Shown: positions 48,741-63,588, numbered from the stretch's first letter. The stretch is 64,000 bases of DNA from Enoplolaimus lenunculus (GCA_030248215.1 JASANG010003696.1:124001-188000); one strand, 5' to 3'. Made by a program: numbers and translations. The notes: a model not told the origin generated them from the sequence alone.

Positions 48741-51385
48741 CCCACTACGACTGGTAAATATTTACGTTCAGTCAGATGGGGCATTCAAATTTATTGCTCC
48801 GCTTATGTTGTAACATGACCAGGGCCGGAGCAGCCACCCCCATACCCTCCATTTGGGGGCCCACAACCCCTAAAGGTGCCCTCGCCCTAACCGGTTGAAT
48901 GAAAAACCGCCCAAGTTTTAAAATGCGTGTTGCTTCTCTCTCGCTTCGCTCGCCAGCTTAGAGGTCACACCCTGGAGTTGGTGGGGGCACAGTGTCACAT
49001 TATTCAGCTCAAATAGTTCACCATGCTCATTAAATTTGAAAAGGGACTACTGAAGAAAAACTTGATATAAATTACAATAAACTGCAATATTAAGCCTGTG
49101 TGTTCATGAAACTATATATCTATGACTGCAACAAGCAGCTGATGACCCTATAAGTCTAAGACAAATCTGACCAATAGACCATTGGTTTTGGTGAAAATAG
49201 TAGTTTCTTTTAAATATCAAGGAACACACGTACCAGAATGAACGCTCAAAGGCATCTGTTAAGAACCTAAAACACCTGCGCCAGAGAGAGTCCAACTAAA
49301 AGTTTGCCGCAGACAATTTATGTAATTGCGTATTTGTTGTAAATTAGCTACAATTATAATAATAATAATAATAATAATAAGAGTCTATGTTGCGATTCCA
49401 AAAAAAATATATAATTTTCATGGAATCGGACGCGGCATTTTATGCCAAGAATAAGTTACGCATAATGGATTTCAAAACCAGAGATGCAGTAATAATTTGT
49501 TAGAAAAACATTATTCACGATACGGCAAAACGCAGCACGCGCTGGGTACATTCTCTTCTGCACAGAATATGCTTTGTGGACACTGCTCAATTTTACCTAA
49601 CCAAGCATGATTGTTCATACGCCTGAAAGTTACAGGTATTCGGTAAAAACTGTATATTGTACGCTTTTAGCGGCTGAAAAGCAGGCGTGTCCGCACGTCC
49701 GCATAAAATTATATTTGAGGGGCAACGAATAATTTTGAGGGGGCCTAGAATTGTAATTCAAGATTGTTTACTTTTAGACCGAGTCTATTTGGAGGGGGGG
49801 GCACCAGCCAAATTTGTGAGGGACACGGCCAACCAATGCCGCCCCTGTGGCGACGCCCTTGCTGTAAAGTAGTCATTAAAGCGAAAAACGAAAAAAATTT
49901 GTCAAATTGTTCTGCAATTTTAGGAATATTAATTATATAAAAACTATTCATTATAAGATATTAAATAACATAGCTACACACCTGTAGTGATTATTGAAAA
50001 TAATTTTAAGATAAAATATTATTTAATATATGACGTCTTGCAGCTGAAATTTGTTCAATTTTTAAATTATAAGTTGAATAAATAAAACTGCTACAAGCAA
50101 AAGATCGCCTCGATACCGTTGATAAGTGACCGGTTTCACCTGATACTCCAGATATGAGCTTATTTTCAAGTAAAAGCAATCAATAATTATATTAATAATA
50201 ACAAATTAGTAACCTTAAGAGCTTAAAAATACGTCGAAAAACACCTGCATCTTTTAAAAATGCTTATTACACACTACCGATTGAAGGTACAGTCTTCGTA
50301 AAGTCTAAAACCGTTTTTAGCTATTTTACTAATTAAATTTTAGCTAATTTTAAGCCCGCTAACTCTTTTTTACTAATAAGCTTCGAAGATTTTAAATTAG
50401 CTTCAGTTTATCAAATGTACAAAAAATTTTCAAAATCCAACCATTTTTAGGCAGATGCCAGCCCATCGATATATCCATGGAATAACCTCGTTTACAATAA
50501 AATATTTTTACGCTGATCAACTCGTACTAATATTATCTTCTGATTCAAAGGTTTTCAAACGCAAAATTAGCATTTAAAATACATCAAATATCAAACTTGG
50601 CGACATCCAAATTTAAATCGGATCCAAACGGTGCCGGACCAGGGACCCACCAAAAATTCGGCGATGAGGGCCGCTTGCGATGACCAAATTTTTTGTTACA
50701 AAATTTTTGTTTAAATCTTGTTAGGGTCGGAACTCATCTTTGGAGTGGCCCCGTCCAAGTAAGGATACCGGGAGTGGCGGCTCTGGCCCTGGATTAAAAA
50801 CCCCCTCCAGCATGTTCCGCGTGTTTAGTATTCAAATCATTAATGAGGTAGGTACCAAATAACAGGTCTGTAGAGAGACAGTGTGCCGACAGTTAGAAAA
50901 TTGTAAACAAAATCTAATTTGGCAAACGCTGTAGTGAACACGGCCGAAACATCTGGCTACATTGTGAGCGTAACCAGTTAACCAGATATTGTTACTAAAT
51001 CGAAAATTGATGAGGGGAGTTGAAATTTTTTTCCAAACTAAGAAATTTTTCGACTGCTATTAAAGAATACTGCCCTGCCGGCAGCGGACGCATAGTTAGT
51101 AATGGCGGGGGTACCTGTTGCCACCCCCCCCTTAGATCGCGACGGTCCTGTTTATGAGTACAAAACAAACTGGCTGCAGAACCAAACTCCCACGGGTTTA
51201 AAAGCTATAAAGGGCAGGTTTTTTGGCTCAAACCAAGAATAGAAAGAAGGCTCCAGAAATTGTTTTGTATATTTTGTTATAATGTATTTTTTATATGTAT
51301 TTTATGTATATAAAACCAGCAACCAAATAGAGTAATGGTTAGTGATATTCAAGTTTCAAGGTTCAAATGTAACCAATGAGACATT

Positions 51386-51752
51386 GGCTGGGTTTCCAAA
51401 ACCCTACTTAAGTACAACTTAGTATTTAAGTACCGGCTAAGTAATTACTTAAACATTTTGTCGTTTTTAAAAGCGTACTTAAGTTAAACAAATATTTAAG
51501 TCACTTATTAAATTTGATTTATTTGCAGATTAACAGTTCAGGCGTATTAACTTTGGTGTAGCTGAAACTGTAGACTTATGGTGCCTCCTTAATATAAAGA
51601 ATAATCATTACTGTCTTGTTATCATTATGGCTCACATTTGGGTTTATTTGTTTTTGTTGAAAAAGTTAAGTATCTACTTAAGTCGTCGACTTAAGTAAAT
51701 ACTTAAGCATAAACTTAAGTAAATACTTAAGTAAAATTTCAGAAACCCAGCC
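51386..51752. mobile_element. PIF/Harbinger-like MITE, family G, uninterrupted copy
   Basis: ATT|GGCTGGGTTTC...GAAACCCAGCC|ATT. Confidence 0.85.
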
Positions 51753-54700
51753 ATTGTTTAACACAGCTAAAATGAATTCATGGCGCTATATTACAACCGC
51801 TCAAACAGACGTACTACGACTCAAGTCGCACTTATAAGGTTGGTAACCGCGGACTAAAGTGTCTGCCACCCATTCTTGGCGGCTACCCCTTATGGTTGAT
51901 CGAAATTGGCTAAAGCATCTAGTTATGCTACTCCGCTCAATCGAATTCGGGATGGGAATATGCAACCATCCACTGCTAGCGTAGCTATTAACACTGGTCC
52001 CAAAATAGGTCGAAGGTAAGCACTCCAGTACGGCTCTAAAATCTATAAGCTGGTGGTGGGTTTTTGATCCTACACGCTAAAATTCAGCGTATTTCCAGTT
52101 TCCGCAGAAAAAAATCCAAATCAGTGGTGTCACGGATCCAGTGGGATCCCTACAGCACTGACACAAATGACGACCCGCAGCCAGCTCAAACTGCTAGGGG
52201 GACGCAATACATTTTAGGAGGGGCATGAAGCTGTCATAACCGGCATACAAGCGAGGCTAAAACTTGACTAGTGGGTATCCAAAATTTTTCTAGAGGGGGC
52301 TAGCTCCCTTCTTCTGGTTCCCCTTTGGCTACGTGGCCGCACACCATTGCAACATTGCAATTCCGACTTTTTCACGCGTTAAGCTAAGAAATAGAAATAT
52401 TTATTAACACAAACAAACACCCAATTTTAGCTAAAAAACTTATTTTTAATATTTTTGGCTATTTTATCTCAGCCGACGTTTGTTCAAAATGTTCCAACGT
52501 TGAAAATGTTTTGCATATCTGGACTTCTCATGGCGTACCGTGATCATTCCCACGGAAATTTGAATTTTTAAAAATTCGATTTTTTAAGGTCCCAAGATTC
52601 TCGCCCATAAGACATAAAAATTTAGCCAAAAAGTTCGGTAAGTTATATTTCATTGCACGCCGTTTGCGAACCTGAGTCGAATAATGTTACATTTTCCTCA
52701 AATAGGTAACGAGTTATAGTCAAATAAGCGATTTGTTTCGCGCCGTGCCAAATCACTGGCAGCGTATTTGATCACAACTCCGTTAACCAATCATCGGATT
52801 GCAGACCGTTTAAGAGCAGCTCAAATATGCAAAAAAATTTTCAATCATAGCTCCAAGATTTAGTACTAAAGCGACGTTTGGCTTCTCGATCGCTTCGCTG
52901 GCGAACATTTTTGACTGTTATACATCACATTGCTCCCTTTCAATATTTCAGGATCCATACAAGCAAACAAAATGTTATATAATTTCTTACCAGAGAAAAA
53001 TAGGGTCCCAAGCTGCCTGAGTTATATTAACATGAACCAGACAAACGTACCACTTCTTTAGTTCTCTTCAAGTCAATAACGCAGTATCTCTACAGTACAT
53101 AAATAAACTTCAAAACGTAGCCACTAGCCAGAGGGGGGCACAGCTCACCTGTCGTAGAATTTTGCACCCCCTAGAAAGTTTTCAATCTTGCCTGTAAGTC
53201 ATCGAAAACCATTCTATGCCCTACCTAAAAATGTTTAGCCCCCTAACAAGGTGAGCTGGCTCCTGGCCTGTTCCGCTGTCAGCCTGATTACCTGATTTGA
53301 ACCAGTAAACTACGACATTTTTAAAATTGGTATTTATGTAAGCTCAAAATAAATATGCAATTATAGAAACAACAAAAATAAATCACGCAAGCCAAATTAG
53401 ATTGGCTAAGCAAACGCTTTCGAAACATAACCCACAACAAATACACATTATGGCATGTAGATCGCATAGCAAGGATTTTCGTCTGGCAGGGGCCCACAAA
53501 TACTTTGAATATCCGGCGTGTTAATCGTACAGAAACGGTCACTAAACACAACAACGCATGAGAAAATAAATTTTGCTACATATGCCACTAAAGCAATTTC
53601 GGTTTAGAATAGAATAACACCAACAACTCGTGCGTGGGAATGAAATCCACAGGAGATAATAGTTTCAATTTATTCAAAAACGAAATGTTTCCAAAACCAT
53701 TGTGGTCATGGCCCAATGCCCACCCCTGGCTACGCTCCTGACAGAAACTAGGAAGGAATTTAATCGAAGATTGCTTTCTGAGCTAAAACATAGTTCACCC
53801 GGCAACTCGTCGACCGACAACTGATAATCCGAAGTCTGACGGACACAACTATTTGTCGCCAATCACTGTGCTTAAAGCTTGGGTATTGGCTTATTCCTTA
53901 GGATTTTGCATACGACTTGTCAGGAGACAAGTTGTATCGAGCGACGAATTGTCATAGATTCTAAAATATTCAGAAATGAGCCTAAACATTTGTCCGGGTC
54001 GATCAGAGAAAAGCCCCCGAAGGGAGCAAGTCCAGCCGCCAGGGTAAGAAGGTGCAAACCTCCGCACAATATGTAACTTTAAGGTTTAAAGCTAGGCTTA
54101 GAAGAAGGCTTAGGCCAATGTAATCCTTTTTAAACCTAAACCAAATCCTAAGCTTGCACGGAGAAATGTAGGATAGTCAGAATTTGACCACACTCAGAGG
54201 TAATTTCAACTGCAACACTTAATTGCAATTATTCAAAAATGCAAACTATTAATGTAGCGAGAGTATACGGCAGGACGATGACCATCCCAGTTTAGCATCC
54301 ATGATATGCACCCATGTTTGTATTCGCTTGCATGCCAACCAGGTCCAAGGGAACAGGCGGAGAAATTGACGGAATATATTCACTCGCGAAAGTACTCAAA
54401 AGACATGAAAAACACGTTTACCACGAGTTACAACAACCTAAACACTATAGGTCAAATATTATCTTTTATATAAAATATTACACCGTCCTGAGCTAAAATT
54501 GTGGCTCTGGTATTGATACAATGGTCCATGTAAAGATCAGGGGCGGAACGTTTTTTGCGTACACCGCAATAGAGTAAACTAAAACTTTAGACTATTGTTT
54601 TGCTTACGCTTATGCTTAGGTATTTTTACGCTTTAGGCTTGGGCTCAGGAATATGCTTACGCTGCTGTTACGGCCCTGTTATATCTATTCGCCGGTTCAA

Positions 54701-56265
54701 CGATATCAATCAAAGGCAAAAACACAATAAAAAACCGCCTGTAAATAGGCCAACTTCGGTGTCTTCCATCTTTAGACACCAGAGAATAGCCAAAAACCGG
54801 CGATTTGACATCTTTGAATGCTCCCAAGTGACAAACCCGGCCGTGTTTAATGCTGTTTAAGTGATAAGCGCCAAATAATCTCAGATGCTTACGTTGAAAA
54901 TTTTTTAAAGCCAAATTAGCTAAAGTTGATATTTCACGCTGTTTAAGGGGGGCGGGTATTCGGTGACCATATTTTGCCGTGCATAATTTACGTATTAATT
55001 AAATTGTTTTCGATGAGTTCACTTATCAATATATGATTGTAGTTTAGCTTTATAGAGCCAAACAATAATTGTTAATGCAGTTTCGTTTGCACGCTGATCT
55101 GCATATATGTTCATGGATTAATAGCGCCTTTGCGTTATTACCGGCAAAATTTCAAAGCTAAACGTCAGTCCCCCTGCGTCTATGAGCCTGATCAGACATT
55201 GAACACAAGAACAATGAACCCTTTTGCTCAAACAACAGAGGCGGATCCAAAATTTTTTGATGGGAATAGGCGGACAGGCGAATCTTATGAAACGCAAAAA
55301 ATTGTGAGGTAGGAACCTAATGATATTATCACAAAAAATTTTCTGAGTGCAAAAAAACTATAAGGTAAAGGACGTTACCATTTCATCACAAAAAAATTCT
55401 GACAGAAAATTGTGTGTCTACGAAAAATTTTCTGAGGGGAAAAATTGTAAGATAGAAGAGACCTTACCTAACACAAAAAAATTTATAACAGTGGGTGGGG
55501 CGTACGCCCCCCGCCCCCCGCAATCCGCTAGTGTACATGCGTTAGAACAACCTGGTGTATTCTAAAATAAATTTCTCGCTCAAATATGCTTGCTCGCAAA
55601 AAATACATTACCGTTTTATGTAATGTCCACTTGAAATCATATCTTGGCTAATTTTTTTAAACAAATTACAAAAGCGGTCGCCAAGCTAAAACATAACTTT
55701 CCTTTAAACCTATATTTGTATCATTTGTTTAACTTTTTTTCGGCTACCACCCAATGCTAAAGATAGCATCATAGGATAATGTCTGGTAGCCTGAGCGTGC
55801 CAATCGCGGGTACCAGGGTAAACGACTGTTGACCCTACGTGTGAATTATTTAAGAGTTTTAAAATATTTAAATGTAAGATTGCAAATAAAATTTTCAACC
55901 GCCAAATTTATAAAAAAAATCATAGTTCCACCCTTAAAATTATACTGTTTCCCCGGCTCAACTGTTGTTCAGGCTACGAGCCGACCCTGCATTGGGTCAA
56001 TCGTGTCTGTACAACATCGGGTTTCAAATAATAAATCACTCCAATATAAATTTATATACCAGGAACCTATGAAAACGGAATACAGGGATGCATATATTTG
56101 TCCAAAATTGCTGGAGAGACAAGAAAACGGCACTTTTTGCAGGCATAGAATAACTGGCTGGATTATCAAGTGAAATAAGCATGCTTGATCACATGGCACA
56201 AACATTACATGATATGCCCTCGTGAAATGAAATTCTGGCTATAACCCTGTTGATATAAACATATC

Positions 56266-56267
<2 letters not shown>

Positions 56268-56339
<72 letters not shown>

Positions 56340-56354
56340 TATATATATATATAT
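56268..56354. repeat. (TA)n microsatellite
   Basis: Long (AT)n run interrupted once by CAG. Confidence 0.95.
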
Positions 56355-58892
56355 CAGGAAAATAAACGACGCTAAGGTAACCAGAAAACAAGACAATCAC
56401 ACTTCACTCGGGGTACAAAATCAACATTTCTACGTCACCGCAGTCGTTTTTTAAAATGGTTTCTTTAAATCATTTTCAAATTTTTCTGCTTGCATTTGAT
56501 GGCAGAAAAATTGTTGCGATTAGTATCCAAGGCACATAATACATGCGGACGCGTAGCTCATCGCGAGGTTTTAAGGAATCTGGAGCGTCCTATTCATAAA
56601 AACCAACATTAACATTGGGGTGGAGCGTGTGCTCATTATATTTAAACACAGACTGGAGAGTCCACTTGTAGGATTTTCAAATGGATGGTGTCCAGGCAAC
56701 TTGGAGTTGCATATGGGACACATTGAATTTTGAACAATTCGCAAGGAAAGCGAGAATATAGCTTGATATAATTTTAAAAGTAATGTGTGTCGATTTTACA
56801 AAGTGTTATAACTGTACTGTAATGTTAAACCAGTGCTAATTAGAAATCATGGCTGCGTACCTGGTTTACGCAAGCTAAATGCCAATAACGGCTTCCCCTG
56901 ATCATTCCACGCCCAAATTTGAATATTTGAAAAATTCCATTTTTTAAGGTCCCAAGATCCCCGTCCCCGCTCGCGACCCAAAAAATTGTTTTGTCAAAAA
57001 GTTTAACAAATTATATACTATTCGATGCAGCCTGAGGAGCTGAGTGTAATGGTGTTAATAATTTGTTAATTGTTTTTGCATTCAAACGATTGGTTAACGA
57101 ATTATGGTCGAATAACTGAAATTTGGGAGTGGAAGGATCAGGGGATGTCGTGAGAAGCTGAAAAATGCAAAAATTTTCAAAATCGAATCATTTTTGGCAA
57201 TCGCGGGCTGGGAGTGATAACGGAAAAGACCCATATTTTGCTACAGAGTATTATACGAATCTGCATACAGACCCCCTGGAAACAAGGATGGGCGGGCTAA
57301 GCCAAAAACGCAACGTGCGCAGCATACATTCTTTTTTATAGACAAAATGTACCCAGGTGCACACTCTGTTTAAGTCGCCGACTTAAAAGTAATATTTCAG
57401 AAACCCAGCCAATATGTCATAAATGCAATTTTCTTAATTAAACATTGCATGCACTTGGTATACCTTAACGAGGAAGTCGTTCCGTAGCCAGCTCACCTTG
57501 CTAGGGGGGGTGGGCTAAAAATTTTTTACGAGGGGCATTCAAGGCTGTTTAATGAGTTGCAAGCAAGGTTGAAAATTTTGTAGGGGGTAGGGCGGAGCCG
57601 CTCCGTGGCTTCGAATTAAGTTAGCAACAGAGCACTGGTGTTTTGCATAAAATACAACATTACAGAAACAGAAACCGTTCCAGTTCAACAAAATTAATTT
57701 AAATTTTAAAAACATAACAACAGTGTTCAAGTTGTTTATCATAAATCATATCGGCAACAACCACTGTCTTGAAACCCGAAATGATTGTTCTGATCAAACC
57801 TGGTGTACAATATTAACATCGGTTTTGTATTTAAAATGTGTATTCTCAAATGATAACACTTATCACCAGTTACTAAGCGGCGCTGATACGCTAATGCGAT
57901 CGCAGACTTGTATAATTTTTGATAATCACAAAAACACTGACGAGGGGAGTCAAAGGTCACGGCGTACCCCTATCCAAAACGTTTTTGATAGGTAGAAAAT
58001 ATTGACTGGGTTTGTGAAATCTTACTTAGTATATACTTAATTAAAGTTATAATTATATTAATTACTTAAGTCGCCGATTTAAGTAAGTACTTAAATCTTC
58101 GAGCAAAAACAAACACGACAAATATTAGCCATGGTCATACCAAGAAAGTAATAATTTTGTTTTATATTAAGCAGGCATCATGAGTCTACAATTTCAACTT
58201 GACCAAACTTTAGTATGCCAGAACGGTTAATCTGTAATCTATTAAATTTTGTTAGCGACTTAAGTATTTATTTAACTTTTAAGTACGCCTTTAAAACGAC
58301 ACAATGGTTAAGTAATTACTTAGTACGTATATACTCAAATATACGGAGGCGAGCTTAAGTAGGGTTTCAGAAACCCACCTAAAAATATGAATTCCGTGTA
58401 TTTGGTACAATTACCAACTAAGTCCACCGGTCTCCGTGTCTCCGAACGGGCAGACCCCTGTTGAACCAAAGAAACCCTGCTTGCAGGGCTGTTTGGCAAA
58501 TACCTAAACGAATCTTTTGTTGTGATCTCAGCGTACCGATTGCAGTACCAAAATATTAATAGATCAGCCCAAAAATTTCAAGTGGGGGTCCATGCGAGAA
58601 TTCTGTTTAGTTTGGAGCAAAACTTCTCTAGGGTCACCTCGGACCCTTGGCATGCCTTGGTTGTTGGACTGAACCCGTTTAGTACCATTTTTCTGATCGA
58701 CAGGTATATATTTCTAATTCGTTTTGTCCAAAAGGGGCATAAAAACTGGCACACAATTAATATTTAACATGGCTCAAGGGTGTATACCAAGCCAGTTCAA
58801 ACACATCTCTCCCTTCGGTTGTTAAACAACCCCACAAAAAGTTACTTTAACAGGCTTAGAATAACTTTCTAATTTTAGAGGTTAAAAATTTC

Positions 58893-59077
58893 GACCCATG
58901 TTACTTTAAGGGGCGTTCTGGTTTCTGGTGAGTGTATAAAAGAGTAGGTTTAGATTTTAGATTACATTTTTCTGCTTAGGCTTAGGCTTAGGCTCAGGAA
59001 CATATTTTTGCAACGCTTAGGCTTAGGCTTAAGAAAACGCTTAATCTACTGTTACGCCCCTAAAAGTAACATTGACC
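58893..59077. mobile_element. Family B telomere-repeat MITE with perfect 8-bp TSD
   Basis: AAAATTTC|GACCCATGTTACTTTAAGGGGCGT...ACGCCCCTAAAAGTAACATTGACC|AAAATTTC with internal (TTAGGC)n. Confidence 0.9.
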
Positions 59078-62000
59078 AAAATTTCAATATCTATCCAGGC
59101 GCGCTGACTAAAGGTTTGTAGCCAGCTCACCTTGCTAAAGGGTGCTAAAAAATTTCAAGGAGCGGCATACAAGTGTTTTCGTTGACTTACAAGCAAGGTT
59201 GAAAACTTTCTTGGGGGTCAAAATTTTTCCAGGTGGGGGGAGCGAGTCCCCCCCTGGCGCCCCAATGACTACGGACTCACTAGGAAACACAGGCTACACC
59301 AAAAACTATACGTTTGTGTTTAGTTTTTCACGTAAGGGAATCACAATTAAATTTAGGCCAGAAAATCTAATCTAATTCAACGTCGATAATTTTAGTTGAT
59401 TGTTGGTGTCTGGAACCGAATCCCCCCTAAATTGAATTTAATGTTTTTATATATGAGCCAAAATAAGTCTTTTGGAATTTGTTTAGCATCGTAAAATGTG
59501 AAAACTCATAGGCAATTAGAATATGGGATCAACGAAGCACAGCCACAAATAATATTTACTATTCGCTGACATCAGTGAAGTGGTTTTAGCTTCGAAATCC
59601 CTGAATGTCGCTCGGACCCGTAGCCAAGGGGGGCAGGGAGGGGCTCAACCCTCCGGAAAAATTTTGTCCCCCCCTAGAAAGTTTTCCATCTTGCTTGTAA
59701 CTCATTGAAAACCCTTGAATGCCCCTCCGGAAAAATGTTTAGTTCCCCCTAGCAAGGTCAGCTGGCTACAGGCCTGATGTCGATCTCGGCCCCCGCACGA
59801 ACATATTGGGCCCAAAGGGTCTATTCCGTTGTTTTCTCAGTCGGTGTTTTGCCCAAAAATTGTCGGATTTTAATTTTTTGCATATTAATAATATTAGCTT
59901 GTCATTTCACATCCAAATTTCAATTTTTGCAAAATTAGGCCCGAATTCCCCAGAGACTGCAGAAAATTTCGTCTCAGAAGCGTTAATTTACAAACCGTTG
60001 GACCACCTTTACCGAGCTAAGTGTAACAGGGTTAATCTTTTTGATGTCGGACAGTCAGGTCTTGAGCTACGACGAAACAACTGATTCAGCACCGTTCTCG
60101 TTGTACCAGGCCATTCGCAGATTATCAAACCAGTTATTTGACCATATCCCATGAACTGGTCGAATAGCTGTATTAAAATACACATCACTCTGCTCAACTC
60201 AGCAATCTGCGTCGAATGATATGAGCTTTTAAATATGGAAAATTTTTTAAAATGTCACCATTTTTCGTCAAACGGCGACTGGAGGAGATAACTGAAACGC
60301 TACGGTTTGTTGAAAGGGCCTGAATTAAGCACAAGTTTTTTTGGCAATAATATTTACTAGTCAACATGGTTGCAAATTTGTAACCCTGAAATATTTCTCT
60401 TTCAACTTCTTCACAATCTGTTCTTATTTGCATATATATGCTGTTTCTTGTTTATATATGAAACAATCATTACAACAGCTGTCACGTTGCTCAAAATACG
60501 TACGTGGGACATTCCAGCTTTAATAAGGTAGATAACATTCTTTTCAATTGCGCAAACAACACCTCGAAATAAGCAAACATATTATTAATATTAACAATGT
60601 ATTTATAAACATCAAAAAAACTTTGATTATATATTTCGGCATGAAACTGATATTCCGCGTAATAGACAGCAAGTCCGCGAATATCGTTTCCATCTAATGA
60701 AATTATTTGCGAAGAAAAAACTTTGACAGAATAGTTTTTCACTTAATTAAGGGAAAAAGCGGCAAACCAGTAATCAAATACATAGCTAATAAACATTCGT
60801 TACAAGCGAAACTCTTCTATCATTTAATGTGCTGCTACATCTAGTTAGCAATTTTCCAAGGTTGGTTTCAATTTGAATTCAGGCCCACCGCCAGATGAGC
60901 AGAGGGCTAGGGGGGTACTCAGCGGCCTCTGGAAGAATTTCCCCCCTACCCGAAAAGTTTTCCTGATAAGTCATCGAAATCACCTGAATCGCCCCTCAGA
61001 CAAAAATGTCTAACTCAACGAGCAAAATCCGATGAATACGGGCATGTTTGAGTCACTTTCAAACACGATCACGTTCAAATGCCCAGGTTGAGTAAAGCAT
61101 GGACCTATGGATGGTCAAAAATAGGGGAAATTTTCGGAATAGGATGTGCTCGCAACATTCGTACTGAACGAAACGTTTCGATAATCGAGCGACATACAAG
61201 CGAGAAGCCAAACGCAGTTTTATAGTGACACAAAAGTACAAATTATCATAAAGCGTGGGAACACGGCATTTTTAAACTAAAAATTTTTTTCGTGGTCGCC
61301 CAGGCCATACGTTCGTACGCGATTCATGCAGTTAAGGTTCCGCTATACTCACTGTGCGACGCCGAACGACGCCGGGCGGCATGGCGAAATTTTTTTGTTA
61401 AAAAACGCCGCATGCCGCCGCTCGCCACCGCTGGCCACCAAAGACATTTTGCGCATATTTTTGTTATCAACGCATAGCGGAATGAAACGGCGCGCGGCAA
61501 CGTACGGCGTCGCGTGGCGTCGTGTGGCGACGCGCGGGGCCGTCCAACAGAGTAACGCATAACTCGACCCTTAATGTACTGGCTAAATTCGACAATCAAA
61601 ACATTTGCAAAAAAAAGACTAAACTAATTAATAAAACTATCTTTTTGAAACGCACAATGCTAAAACAATAAAATTACAATAGTATATACACTGTAAAAAA
61701 TAGGTAGTCAAATTGACTCTCTGGGAAATAGGCTTTTTCTGACTACACAAACTGAGTCAAATTCGACTCCGCCAGAGTCAAATTCGACTCACTGAGCGAT
61801 TCAGTGAATCGAATTTGACCCCTGGTGGAGTCGAATTTTGACTCGTTTGTGTAGTGAGGAAAAGCCTATTTCCCACAGAGTCAATTTGACTCCCTATTTT
61901 TTGCAGCGTATCGTGCATCATCTATTTGTTCAGAATAGATCTCGCACAAACGTCTTTAGTCATGCCTTAGGCTTAAAAAAAGCCCCTTTTGAACCCGCCG

Positions 62001-63588
62001 CTTCAAATTATTTTACAGTATATAACTCGGAAACGTACAAAACAGTCGCACAAAACATCACCATCATTCAACTTTGTTGTCTTTCCTAAAGTTGAAGCTT
62101 GTATTATTCGCAAAAAAAATAATATTTGTAACATTTTAAAAAAATTTCTTACATTTAAGAAATATATGGTTTACTTTAAAAAGTATTTCTGTATTAACAG
62201 ATGCAAAAAATTTTCGAAAAAATTTTGAAATGAAGTCTGAAAATCGTAGCACTAAAGAAAGAAATAAGCGTTTATTCGGCTATTTTTAGAAAAATTGTCT
62301 TAAAATTAGAAATATTTTTCAGTTTAGTCGCTGAATTTATACGTTTCTGAATTATACTTCAGGAATACTTTTCTGTGTGTAGTTCTGTCACATTCTGGAG
62401 TTAGCCCATGTTACTTTAAGGGTCGTCCAGGTTTCTGGTGGGTCTATAAAAAGTAGGTTTACATTCTAGATTACATTTTTTCCTTAGGCTTAGGCTTGCT
62501 GCTTAGGAACACATTTTACGCAGCGCTTAGCCTAAGGTTACGAATACGCCTAATCTAATGTTACGACCCCAAAAATTAACATTGGCCCTGGGGTTTAACA
62601 GGGGTGTTCAGCTATGCAACAGTACTAAACCTGATATATTATGCAGTAAACACGCACTAAAGTTTGCCTAATACACATTAATCAACTTAGTCAAAATAGT
62701 AAACCTAAATCGCCGTTTGTTCAAGAAGCGAAGGCTATTCGGCCACGCATATAAATGGTGGTACGGTGTTTTTAAAAGCCAAAACCTTTTTAAATATTTA
62801 CAACCTTAGCTACTACTTCTGGTTTCAGTGGCGGATCCAGAAACTTCTGCTGGCCGAGACCTCACTCGATATATAATAGCGGAAAAGCTAACGAGCGAAG
62901 CGAGCTAGAAACCATACACAATCTTAGTAGCGAAAAATTTCGATCAGTTTTGGTAGAAGATACAACTGAACGGTACCCACCGCCCACCTGAATCCACACC
63001 ACAAACTTGGTTTAGGTTACACTGTATAAGTTTGAAGGTTTTGCCAGAAAATCATGCTAAGACGACGTATACAAATTGTCACCCGGTGATCAGAAGTGTC
63101 ATAAGGTAGTGTTTTACGCTTGGCCAAATTAAAAATTTACACACGTCAATTTTTACTCAAAATTATTGCAATTGTTTGTGTTTTCGTTTGACATAAACAG
63201 ATGAAATTGGTTCATATTTTGATGCCAAATTTTTCCCAGTCTCTGTCGACGACAAATCTTTCCTCTCTGTATATGACAAAAAGGTTTTGCCCCGCGCTGG
63301 GTGTCACATTTTTATGAATGTTGTGAATTTCGAAACATTGTCAGTCGTTTGGGATTGCAATTTTATAAATTAATCCCCACCGCATTTTTGGTCACAAATT
63401 TCTGGATCTGCTTGTTGCATGTGAAAATTCATACATCATCTTCTTCTTGGTACCGTTTCCGCTAGGAAAAATGCAATCTAATTTCCATGTCTGGTCTAAA
63501 GTTTCTTTCAAGAATACAACAATAATATATTAAAACAGTATGTACAATTTGATCACATGGCTTGCTGCAACCTCAGTTATAAAAGCAT

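Noticed and set aside
61326..61562. GC-rich ORF cluster
   Set aside because: It is a GCGAC/GTCGC-rich inverted-repeat element (TTAAGGT...CCCTTAA ends), probably another MITE, not coding.
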